In this document: piece by piece, positions 28,752 to 39,395 of the stretch
How positions within the stretch are numbered: the first letter of the stretch is position 1
Layout of the letters: each line of letters begins with the position of its first letter
Origin: Acidimicrobiales bacterium
GTDB taxonomy: Bacteria > Actinomycetota > Acidimicrobiia > Acidimicrobiales > MedAcidi-G1
DNA length: 64,000 bases
Reading direction: 5' to 3'
Assembly (NCBI GenBank): GCA_022452145.1
Contig: JAKURY010000009.1
Span: 18,120 to 82,119 of the forward strand
Translations under genes and position numbers: made by a program
The notes under the pieces: model-generated
Seen by the model: only the letters and a program-made list of their open reading frames with translations
Database searches by the model: none
Told to the model about the DNA's origin: nothing

Positions 28752-29520
28752 GCCGCGGGAGCCGCTGGATCACCATGGCCCGGGAGAACCGCTGGACCCG
28801 GTGACGGGTCGGAGGGCCGGTGAGTGGGCCGCGGTGGTCGCCAGCCTTGCTCCCGTCGACGGGCCCTGGCCGCCTACGGGACCGATAGTGGTCGTGGCTC
28901 CCCATCCGGACGACGAGCTGCTGGCCGCCGGTGCCACCCTGGCTGCAGCCTCGGACGCCGGGACGGAGATAAGGGTGGTGGCCGTCACCGACGGCGAGCT
29001 GTCCCATCCGCACCTGACCGGGAGCGCCCGCGACGACCTGGTGGGTCGGCGGCTGGCCGAGACCGACCGGGCCTATGCGGCGGCCGGCATCGTGGCCTCC
29101 CGCCACCGCCTGGCGCTGCCCGACGGCGCCGCCTCGAACCATGCAGATCGGTTGGCCGACCAGTTGACGCCCCTGCTGGACGGCGCCGGCTGGTGCCTCG
29201 CTCCCTGGGAGGGCGACGGTCATCCCGACCACGACGTGTGCGGTCGGGTGGCCGGCGACGCCTGTCGGGACCTGGCGGTGCCGTTCGCGAGGTTCCCGAT
29301 CTGGTCCTGGAACTGGGACGATCCGTCATCGCCGTCCATCCCGTTCGACGGGGCCGTGGCCTGGTCGTTCGATGACGACCTGAGGGCCCGCAAGCAGGCT
29401 GGCATCGCCGCCTACGCCAGCCAGGTGCGGCCCGTCGACGGTCACCGTCCGATTCTCCCGGCGGGGTTCCTGGAGCACTTCGCCCGGAACTCGGAGGTGT
29501 TCCTGCCGGTCGCCCGCTGA
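28744..29520 (+). CDS. PIG-L/LmbE-family deacetylase
   Basis: VVAPHPDDELLAAG...DGHPDH zinc-site motifs. ATG 28744 overlaps the ABC stop by 8 nt. Confidence 0.8.
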   Translation: MSEPREPLDHHGPGEPLDPVTGRRAGEWAAVVASLAPVDGPWPPTGPIVVVAPHPDDELLAAGATLAAASDAGTEIRVVAVTDGELSHPHLTGSARDDLVGRRLAETDRAYAAAGIVASRHRLALPDGAASNHADRLADQLTPLLDGAGWCLAPWEGDGHPDHDVCGRVAGDACRDLAVPFARFPIWSWNWDDPSSPSIPFDGAVAWSFDDDLRARKQAGIAAYASQVRPVDGHRPILPAGFLEHFARNSEVFLPVAR

Positions 29521-29658
29521 GCGGGCGACAGAACGATGCTGGCCTCATTCGGGCAGGCCCCGTACGTGAGCCGCGTGTCACGCCCACGCGCTGCGGACCG
29601 AGATCCGGGCGATCGGTAGCCTCGTATCCGTTCGACAGCCGCTTCCGAGGAGCATCCC

Positions 29659-30648
29659 GTGAGCCCCACCCCCGTCCGAGTCGCCGTAACGGGCGCCGCC
29701 GGCCAGATCGGCTACAGCCTCGTCTTCCGAATCGCCAGCGGTGCCATGCTGGGCCCGGACCAGCCGGTCGTCCTCCAACTCCTGGAGATCCCCCCGGCCA
29801 TGGGAGCCCTAGACGGCGTGGCAATGGAACTCGACGACTGTGCCTTCCCGCTCTTGGCAGGTCTGGAGTTGAGCGACGATCCCGGGACCGCCTTCAACGG
29901 GGCGAACGTCGCCCTCCTGGTCGGTTCCCGTCCCCGGTCCAAGGGCATGGAGCGCCAGGACCTGCTGGAGGCCAACGGTGCCATCTTCACCGGCCAGGGG
30001 CGTTCCCTGAACGACCACGCGGCGGACGACCTGCGGGTCCTGGTGATCGGCAACCCGGCCAACACGAACTGCCTGATTGCCATGAACAGTGCACCGGACG
30101 TGCCCGACGAGCGCTTCACGGCCATGATGCGCCTGGACCACAACCGGGCCCTGACCCAGGTGGCCCAGAAGCTCGGCACGAGTGTCAACGACGTGTCGCG
30201 GATGACCATCTGGGGCAACCACTCCGCCACCCAGTATCCGGACCTCGTCCACTGCGAGGTTCCAGGTGGCACCGCCGCCGCGGTGATCGACGACCAGGCG
30301 TGGCTGGAGGGCGACTTCATCCCGACCGTGCAGCAGCGTGGGGCGGCGATCATCGAAGCGCGGGGAGCTTCCAGCGCAGCCTCGGCGGCCAATGCGGCCA
30401 TCGACCACGTGCACGACTGGATGTCGGGTACCCCGGCTGGCGACTGGGTCTCCATGGGAGTTACGTCCGATGGCAGCTACGGCGTGCCGGAGGGGCTGCT
30501 GTGCGGGTTCCCGGTCACCTGCGCGGACGGTGCCTACGAGGTCGTCCAGGGCCTAGAGATCGACGACTTCTCCCGGGCCCGCATCGATGCCTCGGTCGCA
30601 GAGCTGGCCTCCGAGCGGGACATGGTTCGGGATCTCGGGCTGATCTAG
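29659..30648 (+). CDS. mdh: Malate dehydrogenase
   Basis: [14 protein letters not shown]...[16 protein letters not shown]...IGNPANTN...WGNHS. Confidence 0.93.
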   Translation: MSPTPVRVAVTGAAGQIGYSLVFRIASGAMLGPDQPVVLQLLEIPPAMGALDGVAMELDDCAFPLLAGLELSDDPGTAFNGANVALLVGSRPRSKGMERQDLLEANGAIFTGQGRSLNDHAADDLRVLVIGNPANTNCLIAMNSAPDVPDERFTAMMRLDHNRALTQVAQKLGTSVNDVSRMTIWGNHSATQYPDLVHCEVPGGTAAAVIDDQAWLEGDFIPTVQQRGAAIIEARGASSAASAANAAIDHVHDWMSGTPAGDWVSMGVTSDGSYGVPEGLLCGFPVTCADGAYEVVQGLEIDDFSRARIDASVAELASERDMVRDLGLI

Positions 30649-30695
30649 GCGGAGCACCCGGCCAGCGGGAGGCCTGCCGGTCGGCGGTAACCCGG

Positions 30696-31064
30696 TCAGC
30701 CGGCGCGGACCGCGGCGAACACGTCTCCCAGGCCGTCCATCACGGCCCGATGGTCCACCAGCACCCGTGGGTCGCCGCCCAGGACCACGTCGCCGTCGAT
30801 CACCGCCCGTAGCGGGTCCAGGGTGCCGTTGGCCATGGCGGTGGCGGTGGACGAGTTGGTGGTGAAGCGGAGGTCCGGCTCGTCCGCCGGACCGGCGATA
30901 ACCCCGACCGTTCCCCGCTCCATACGTACGTGCCAGGTGGCGCCGTCGACCACCCGGTACTCGAGGACCAGGACCACTTCGGTGGTGGCCTTCCGGAGCC
31001 CGTTATGGGTCGACGCCGCCACGTCCATGGCCTCGATCCAGGCGTCGGTGAGGGGCTCGACCAC
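30696..31064 (-). CDS. SCP2 (sterol carrier protein 2-like) domain protein
   Basis: 122 aa. ...RFTTNSSTATAMANGTLDPLRAVIDGDVVLGGD is typical of the SCP-2 C-terminal helix. Confidence 0.7.
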   Translation of the reverse strand: MVEPLTDAWIEAMDVAASTHNGLRKATTEVVLVLEYRVVDGATWHVRMERGTVGVIAGPADEPDLRFTTNSSTATAMANGTLDPLRAVIDGDVVLGGDPRVLVDHRAVMDGLGDVFAAVRAG

Positions 31065-31230
31065 GGTTGCGCAGCCTAGGTGCCGGGTTCAGGCCGGTGG
31101 CTGCCGCATGGCGGGTGTGCAGCCTGTTCCGCTCCGCCCGGACACCGCGGTGACGGCTACGGTCCGCTCCACCATCCCGGTCGCCACGGCCGGGAGCGGA
31201 GCCGAGGTGGGATTACGAAGGGATGACCGC

Positions 31231-31581
31231 GTGACCGAGATCGGGCGTGGCCAGAAGACCTACGACTACGGGCCCCGTCGCGGCCGGTGGCGTCGCCTGG
31301 AGGGCCCCGATGACGTCCTGGACCTGATGGACCACGGCGCCGACGGAATCGTGGCCGTGATCAGGGATGCGGGTGCCACGTTCCTGGGCCCCATCTTCGA
31401 GGAGTTGGCCGGCGTGGTGTGCACCGGTGGCACCATCCGGAGCCACATCGGGATAATCAGCCGGGAGTATCGGATCCCCGGTGTGATCGCCGCCGGGCTC
31501 ACCTACGACCCGGACGACGGGACCGAGGTGGAGTTGGATGGCTCGGGCGACGAGGGCGTGATCTCTCTGGTGGCCGGATGA
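31231..31581 (+). CDS. Stand-alone PEP-utilising enzyme mobile (phosphohistidine swivel) domain protein
   Basis: GIVAVIRDAGATFLGPIFEELAGVVCTGGTIRSHIGIISREYRIPGVI, with the catalytic His codon at 31444-31446. GTG 31231 is preceded by gaaggg. The track ORF 30823.. overlaps the SCP2 gene. Confidence 0.75.
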   Translation: MTEIGRGQKTYDYGPRRGRWRRLEGPDDVLDLMDHGADGIVAVIRDAGATFLGPIFEELAGVVCTGGTIRSHIGIISREYRIPGVIAAGLTYDPDDGTEVELDGSGDEGVISLVAG

Positions 31582-32765
31582 TCGCCGATCCGGGCGGGGA
31601 TGCCGACGGTGGTTCGGGTGGACCGGCCGCCTATGCCGACGGCGGGAACGGAGGCTCGGACCGTGACCGGGTGAACGCCTGGCTGGCCGCCATCAACCCG
31701 GTCACGAAGCGGCTGGTCGCCGAACGCACGTCCTACTCGTCCCAGCTCATCCCGGTCACCCCGTACGTGACCGTGTCGTGCATCGAGGCATTCCTGCGGT
31801 ACCCGGAGGCGGTGGCCACGATCACAGCCGCCATGTCGCCAGAGGAGATCGGTGCAGCAGCCCGACGGCCCGGTTGCCAGGTCGACTCGGTGTTCCTGTG
31901 GGGGCTGGCCAACTTCTTCCTCATCGGCCGAAACGTCATGGCCATGGTCGACCCGACGCTGGACTCCGTCGAGCGGACCCACACCGTGCTCGACTTCTGG
32001 GCCCGCGCCTCACGGGCCTACAGGGGCGGCCGGCACCTGCATGCCGCCGAGGTGGGAAACCGCCTCGACGTGTTCCACCCCGACATGGTGTCCCACCTGG
32101 CCGCCGGGGCCGGTTGGGTGGACGACGAACGCCGTGACCGGATCCGTCGTGCCAACGCCACGATCATCAACCACCTCTTCCTGCTCTACTTCGACACCCG
32201 CGTGGGCCACGCAGACACCGGTCCGTACCGCCTGGATGATGGGCGCACCCTGATAGTCCGGGACTTCTACCGCCTGGCCGAGAGTGACTTCGCCTGGTCC
32301 GGCGTGGCCGCCAACGTGCCCCACCGGAACCTCACCGCGGCCCTGGTCCTGGGTCCGGAGGTGGACGTGACGATCACCGACTACGGGACGACCATCTCGA
32401 CGCCCGAGAACTACCTGGACCACCTGACGGGGTTCGGGCTGTTCAGGACCGATGGGGTCGTACCCGGTGGGCTGCCGGTTCCGCTCTCGGACCGGGACCT
32501 GGAGGCCACTGCCGTTGCGGCGAAGGCCGCCCAGAGGCAGCACTACCGGGACATAGTCGCCATGGGCCGCGACGAGCGGATCGCCTGCGGGTCCTACGTC
32601 TACTTCACCTTCCTGCGACCGTTCGCCGAGATGGCCGGCGTAGCCGACGACATCGACTGGACGTGTCCCCGGGACACACCGGCAGATCTGTACCCGCTGG
32701 TCACTGCCGACATGGATCCGCCGGAGCGCGATCCGGACGCCGACATCTATCCGGCCTTCGCCTGA
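31578..32765 (+). CDS. Hypothetical protein (395 aa), translationally coupled to the swivel-domain gene
   Basis: ATG 31578 overlaps the upstream stop (ATGA). Coding-like GC3 throughout. G/D-rich N-terminus. No family recognised by eye. Confidence 0.65.
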   Translation: MIADPGGDADGGSGGPAAYADGGNGGSDRDRVNAWLAAINPVTKRLVAERTSYSSQLIPVTPYVTVSCIEAFLRYPEAVATITAAMSPEEIGAAARRPGCQVDSVFLWGLANFFLIGRNVMAMVDPTLDSVERTHTVLDFWARASRAYRGGRHLHAAEVGNRLDVFHPDMVSHLAAGAGWVDDERRDRIRRANATIINHLFLLYFDTRVGHADTGPYRLDDGRTLIVRDFYRLAESDFAWSGVAANVPHRNLTAALVLGPEVDVTITDYGTTISTPENYLDHLTGFGLFRTDGVVPGGLPVPLSDRDLEATAVAAKAAQRQHYRDIVAMGRDERIACGSYVYFTFLRPFAEMAGVADDIDWTCPRDTPADLYPLVTADMDPPERDPDADIYPAFA

Positions 32766-32771
32766 GGCGGA

Positions 32772-33716
32772 TCAGCCTTCCGAACGGGCCAGGTGGTCGA
32801 CGCCGAGCACCACGACGACGGCCGCCACGGCCAGGGCGGTCGGCACCACCAGGCCACCCGCGGCGTCCGGCCATCCGAGGCCGGCGCCTCCCACCGTCTC
32901 TTCAGCGTGGCGGCTCACCACGCCCACCCCGTAGGGCCATGGCCAGAGCACCCGCAGGGAACCCGCCATCAGCCCGACCATCACTGCCAGCACGTCGTCG
33001 TGGCGCCGTTCCAGCAGGCCGGCCAGCACCGAGGAGAAGCACGCCAGGCCGACCACCGCACCGATGCCGAACACTGCTGCGTCGACGAGCAGGCGCTCGT
33101 CCACCACCGCGATCACGGCGGAGTACATCCCGAGCATGAGCAGCAGAAATGAGCCGGAGATGCCCGGCAGGACCATGGCGCACACGGCCACCGCCCCGGA
33201 GGCCAGCAGCGCCAGGAGTGGCGGATCGGTTACCGGAGCACCCTGGAGTCCCAGTCCGGCGAACACCAGGACGGCCACCAGCGCGCCAGTGCCGAGACGC
33301 CCAGGTGTCCACGCCACGTTGCGACGTGTCACCAGCACCGAGGCCACCACCAGGCCCAGGAACAGGCCGGCCATGGGCTCCGGGTGGTCGACGAGGGCGT
33401 CCTCGATCACGCCAGCCAGCAGGACGACCGTGGTCAGCAGCCCGACCAGCAGGGGGACGAGGAACCACCAGTCGACCTCGCCCAGATGTCGGAGGCCGCC
33501 ACGGAGATCGCCCCGGGCGAACCGGCCCAGCGCCCGGGAAGCGCAGCGAATGGCATCCAGCAACCGCTCGTAGATCCCGAACAGCAGGGCCAGCGTTCCG
33601 CCGGACACGCCGGGGACCACGTCGGCGGCTCCCATGCAGGCACCGCGCCCCACCTGGGTCAACACCGTGCGGGTGTCGGGACGGGTCGGGTCGTGGTGCT
33701 GCCCCGTGCCCGCCAT
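32772..33716 (-). CDS. DUF368-family membrane protein (undecaprenyl-phosphate translocase family)
   Basis: GAADVVPGVSGGTLALLFGIYERL and a second PGISGSFLLLMLGMY repeat. Trimmed to ATG 33716, which shares one nt with the upstream thioesterase stop (TGATG). Confidence 0.8.
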   Translation of the reverse strand: MAGTGQHHDPTRPDTRTVLTQVGRGACMGAADVVPGVSGGTLALLFGIYERLLDAIRCASRALGRFARGDLRGGLRHLGEVDWWFLVPLLVGLLTTVVLLAGVIEDALVDHPEPMAGLFLGLVVASVLVTRRNVAWTPGRLGTGALVAVLVFAGLGLQGAPVTDPPLLALLASGAVAVCAMVLPGISGSFLLLMLGMYSAVIAVVDERLLVDAAVFGIGAVVGLACFSSVLAGLLERRHDDVLAVMVGLMAGSLRVLWPWPYGVGVVSRHAEETVGGAGLGWPDAAGGLVVPTALAVAAVVVVLGVDHLARSEG

Positions 33717-34153
33717 CAGGCCCCTGTATCCCCGTCTGACACCAGGTAGGGGGCCAGGCGGGAGGCCATGTCCGCGGAGAAGCGGGTGGGCCTCCCGTTG
33801 GTGCCGGTCACCGCCGCGACCACCTCCTGGGTGGCGAGCACCTCGTCTCCGCGGAGGAGCCGTTGGCCCCACCGGGACGAGGCCCGACGCAGTTCCAGAA
33901 CCTCCGTCTCGATGACCAGTGCATCGCTGGCGATTGCCGGGACCAGGAACCTGGTGGCGATCCGGGAGACGACGAACCGGTAGCCGTCGCCCTCCAGGTC
34001 GTGGAGGCCGAGCCCCGCCTCGTCCAGCAGCTCGATTCGGCCGGTCTCGAACAACTGCACGTAGACGCTGTGGTTCAGGTGGCCGTAGGGGTCCAGCTCG
34101 TAGAAGCGGACCTTGACCGGATGGCGATGGGGAGCGGTCGGAGCATTCGGCAC
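33716..34153 (-). CDS. Acyl-CoA thioesterase (4HBT/YbgC-like hot-dog)
   Basis: VKVRFYELDPYGHLNHSVYVQLFE...YRFVVSRIATRF. Confidence 0.8.
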   Translation of the reverse strand: MPNAPTAPHRHPVKVRFYELDPYGHLNHSVYVQLFETGRIELLDEAGLGLHDLEGDGYRFVVSRIATRFLVPAIASDALVIETEVLELRRASSRWGQRLLRGDEVLATQEVVAAVTGTNGRPTRFSADMASRLAPYLVSDGDTGA

Positions 34154-34248
34154 GCAGGTGACGCTAGCCGTCGGCGTTCCCGGGGCCGGGGCCGCCCAGG
34201 GGCTGTCGGCGGGCTGGCGTCCGATGGCACAGGGCTACCCTCGACTCC

Positions 34249-35103
34249 ATGGCAGGTACAGGCTCACCGTTCGAAGTCGAGATCCATTCCGAGGTGTTCG
34301 AGCCGGAGTCCGCGGCATCGGAGGGCGGCGCGGTTCTGCTGGTCTCGGGAGCCGATTCGCACTGCACGCGCTGGACGCCGGAGTTGATCCAGCCACTGCT
34401 GGCCCTCGGCCATCGCGTCGTGCGCTACGACCACCGGGACAGCGGCCTCTCGACCAAGGTGCCTGTGGAGGTCGGCTACACGCTGGACGATCTTGCCGAT
34501 GACGCCTGCGCGGTCATGGACGGCCATGGGATCGACCGGGCACATCTGATCGGCCGATCCATGGGGGGCATGGTCGGTCAGGTCATGGCGCTGGACCATG
34601 CCGACCGGGTGGTCACGTTGACGCTGCTGGGCTCCACCCCGGGTCTGGGCGACGAGAGCCTGCCCCCGGCCGCCGACTGGCTGGTCGACAGGATGGCAGA
34701 GCGGCTCTTCGCCCCACCCCCGGCCAGCCATGGGGAACGGGTGGCCTGGATCGTGGAACTGGACGAGATGTTCGCCGGGAGTCGCTATCCGGTGGCCATC
34801 GAGGACCGGATCCGGGTGGCCCTCGATGAGGTGGAGCGGTGCTGGTATCCGGAGTCCGGACACGGTCCGGCGGTCAACTCCTCGCCCTCCCGGCTCGACC
34901 GGTTGGGTGAGGTGGTGGCGCCGACCCTCGTCGTGCACGGAACTGCGGATCCGGTGTTCCCGGTCGAGCACGCCCTGGCTTTGGCCGAGGGGATTCCCCG
35001 CGCCGAACTCTGGCTGGTGGAGGACCTGGGCCACGAGCTGCCCGATGGCCTCGTGCCCGAGTTCATGGACTGCATGAGGGCCCACCTGGTCCGCGGGGCG
35101 TGA
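34249..35103 (+). CDS. Alpha/beta hydrolase
   Basis: Nucleophile elbow HLIGRSMGGMVG, with C-terminal ...DLGHELP (His). Confidence 0.8.
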   Translation: MAGTGSPFEVEIHSEVFEPESAASEGGAVLLVSGADSHCTRWTPELIQPLLALGHRVVRYDHRDSGLSTKVPVEVGYTLDDLADDACAVMDGHGIDRAHLIGRSMGGMVGQVMALDHADRVVTLTLLGSTPGLGDESLPPAADWLVDRMAERLFAPPPASHGERVAWIVELDEMFAGSRYPVAIEDRIRVALDEVERCWYPESGHGPAVNSSPSRLDRLGEVVAPTLVVHGTADPVFPVEHALALAEGIPRAELWLVEDLGHELPDGLVPEFMDCMRAHLVRGA

Positions 35104-35116
35104 CTTGACCCACCTG

Positions 35117-35136
35117 CAGGCCGGCCTGCCGGCCTG
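35117..35136 (+). terminator. Perfect 8-bp GC hairpin after the alpha/beta hydrolase stop (no U-tract)
   Basis: caggccgg-cctg-ccggcctg, starting 14 nt after the TGA at 35101-35103. Confidence 0.4.
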
Positions 35137-35503
35137 AACGCGTGGACCGACCATGCCGGACGCGGAAACGACGCCCTCCCGGCGGGTGGGAAGACGCCGT
35201 TCCGTCGGGGCCCTGTTCGAGTCGTCGCGCATCAACGTTCTCCATGGCCCAGCAGGGCTTTGGTCGCGAGAGCGTGAGGGGACCGGCTCGGTGCAGGGGC
35301 CTCGGGCTCACCCGCCAGGCGGGGCTCGACACCGTCCTTCGAACCGGTCGGATCGCACGTCGTGCCCTCCCTCGATCGCGATTGGGGACTGCGTCGATCA
35401 CCACCCCGCCGAAGGGGCGAGACAACTTTGAAACCGTCGCGCCACGGGGCTCATCTGTCAACCGCTGTGGCCATCTTGATTGGCGAATGCCGGGTGCCGG
35501 CCG

Positions 35504-36286
35504 TCAGCGCTGACCGGCCAGGGCCCGGTTCCTGACCTTCGCCTTCACGTAGTCGCGGTTCATGAAGGCGATGAAGTCGAGCGAGATCTCCTTCGGGCAG
35601 GCCTCCGAGCACTCGCCGTGGTTGGTGCACGAGCCGAAGAACTCCTCCATTGTCTCCACCATGGACTCGGTCCTGCTCCACCGCTCGGCTTGGCCCTGCG
35701 GGAGCAGCCCGAGGTGGCCGAGCTTGGCCGATGTGAACAGCTGTGCCGCCGAGTTCGGGCAGGCGGCCACGCAGGCGCCGCACCCTATGCAGGCGGCGGC
35801 GTCGAATGCCTGGTCAGCGGCCACCTTTGGCACCGGGATCAGGTTGGCATCGGACGCCGCACCCGTACCGACCGAGATGTAGCCTCCGGCCTCGATTATC
35901 CGGTCCAACGGGGAGCGGTCGACGGCCAGGTCGCGAATCACCGGGAATCCGGCAGCCCGGAACGGCTCGACCACGATCTCGTCGCCGTCCCGGAACTCCC
36001 GCATGTGGAGTTGACACGTGGCCGTGGCCTTCTGGGGGCCGTGGGCCCGGCCGTTGATCATGACGCCGCAGGTGCCGCAGATCCCCTCACGGCAGTCGCT
36101 CTCGAAGGCCACCGGCTCCTCGCCGGCGCCGTTGAGCTGCTCGTTCAGCAGGTCGAGCATCTCCAGGAACGAGGCGTCGGTGCTGATCGTCTGCTGGTGG
36201 ACGTCGAACCGGCCCGCGTCGTCGGGGCCGTCCTGGCGCCACACCCTGAGGGTGACGCTGATGGTCTCGCCGTGTCCTCCGGCCAT
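35504..36286 (-). CDS. sdhB: Succinate dehydrogenase / fumarate reductase iron-sulfur subunit
   Basis: Cys clusters [22 protein letters not shown] and [12 protein letters not shown]. Confidence 0.93.
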   Translation of the reverse strand: MAGGHGETISVTLRVWRQDGPDDAGRFDVHQQTISTDASFLEMLDLLNEQLNGAGEEPVAFESDCREGICGTCGVMINGRAHGPQKATATCQLHMREFRDGDEIVVEPFRAAGFPVIRDLAVDRSPLDRIIEAGGYISVGTGAASDANLIPVPKVAADQAFDAAACIGCGACVAACPNSAAQLFTSAKLGHLGLLPQGQAERWSRTESMVETMEEFFGSCTNHGECSEACPKEISLDFIAFMNRDYVKAKVRNRALAGQR

Positions 36287-36365
36287 GTCGTCGTGGTCCT
36301 CTCCGGTTCCGGTCTTTCGGTCTATTGGTCCCTGTCGTGCGGTGCGCCTGGCCGGCCCTGCCGCC

Positions 36366-38320
<1,955 letters not shown>

Positions 38321-38324
<4 letters not shown>

Positions 38325-39220
38325 GGTGACACGCTCCCCGCCGAATCGGTCGTGTTCCCATCGGTGGTATGCCGGTCGGCCGCCGAACCCTCGGCCTCCT
38401 CGGCCAGGCAGGCGTTGCCCTCGACCTCACCGACCGGACAGACCCGTTCATCCTCGTCGATCAGCCCGGCCTGGGTGAGGATCGGGAAGCTCAGGTTTCC
38501 AACCAGGATCAGGCCTGCCAGCGCCGTGGCCAGGGTGCGTCGCAGGTGGTTGTAGCGGGGGTTGTTCACCCCGAGGCTCTGGAACATCGACCAGGCACCG
38601 TGGAATACGTGCCACGCCAGGGCGATGTTGGCCGCCACGTAGATGATGGCCACCGGTAGGTAGCCCATCGACTCGGCGACGTTGTGGTACGGGTCGCCCG
38701 ACACGAAGTCGTCGCCCAGCCACCAGCCCCAGGTCAGGTCGGCCAGGTGGAACAGGACGAACAGGGCGATGATCGGACCGGTCCAGCGCATGGTCCGGCT
38801 GGCATAGGTGGCGGCCACGTGGTCCCGGCCGCCCTCGTACTTCTTGGCGCCGCTGATGCGACCAGCCTTCTCGCTGGCGTTGCCGCTCATACGACTGAGG
38901 GTGATCGCCGAGTGGAGGTGGACGACGAACATGGTGAACAGGCCGAGGCGCATCAGCCACAGCACGCCACCCTTGGGGACCAGGCCACCGCCGATGGTCC
39001 GCAGGGACTCGGCGTACTCGTGCATGCGGGCCGGACCCTCGTACACGTGGAGGTTGCCGACCATGTGGACGATGACAAAGCCGATAAGGCCGATGCCGGT
39101 CAGGGCCATGACCCACTTGCGGCCGACCGCCGACTGGTAGAGGTTCAACGGGAAGGGCCATTCCCGTCCGCGTGGTTGGACCGGTGCCACGCGGTAGCGC
39201 TGGTCGGTGGTTTGTGCCAT
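38321..39220 (-). CDS. sdhC: Succinate dehydrogenase cytochrome b subunit (b558-type, single membrane anchor)
   Basis: 5 predicted TM with conserved His ([27 protein letters not shown]). Trimmed to ATG 39220 with GGAGA upstream. The track ORF extends to 39484. Confidence 0.8.
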
Positions 39221-39395
39221 GGACTCTCTCCTCGGGAGATCACCGTGGCGGCAGGCGGGCCGGGATGATCGCCGGGACGAGGGTAGCGCGTGGTCGTTGG
39301 GACGGTCCGTGCGGATGGTGGGGCCAGATAGCGGATCGCCGGGCTGGATGACGGGCCCGGTGGACCGCCGGGTGACGTGTCGCGTCGGCCGACCT

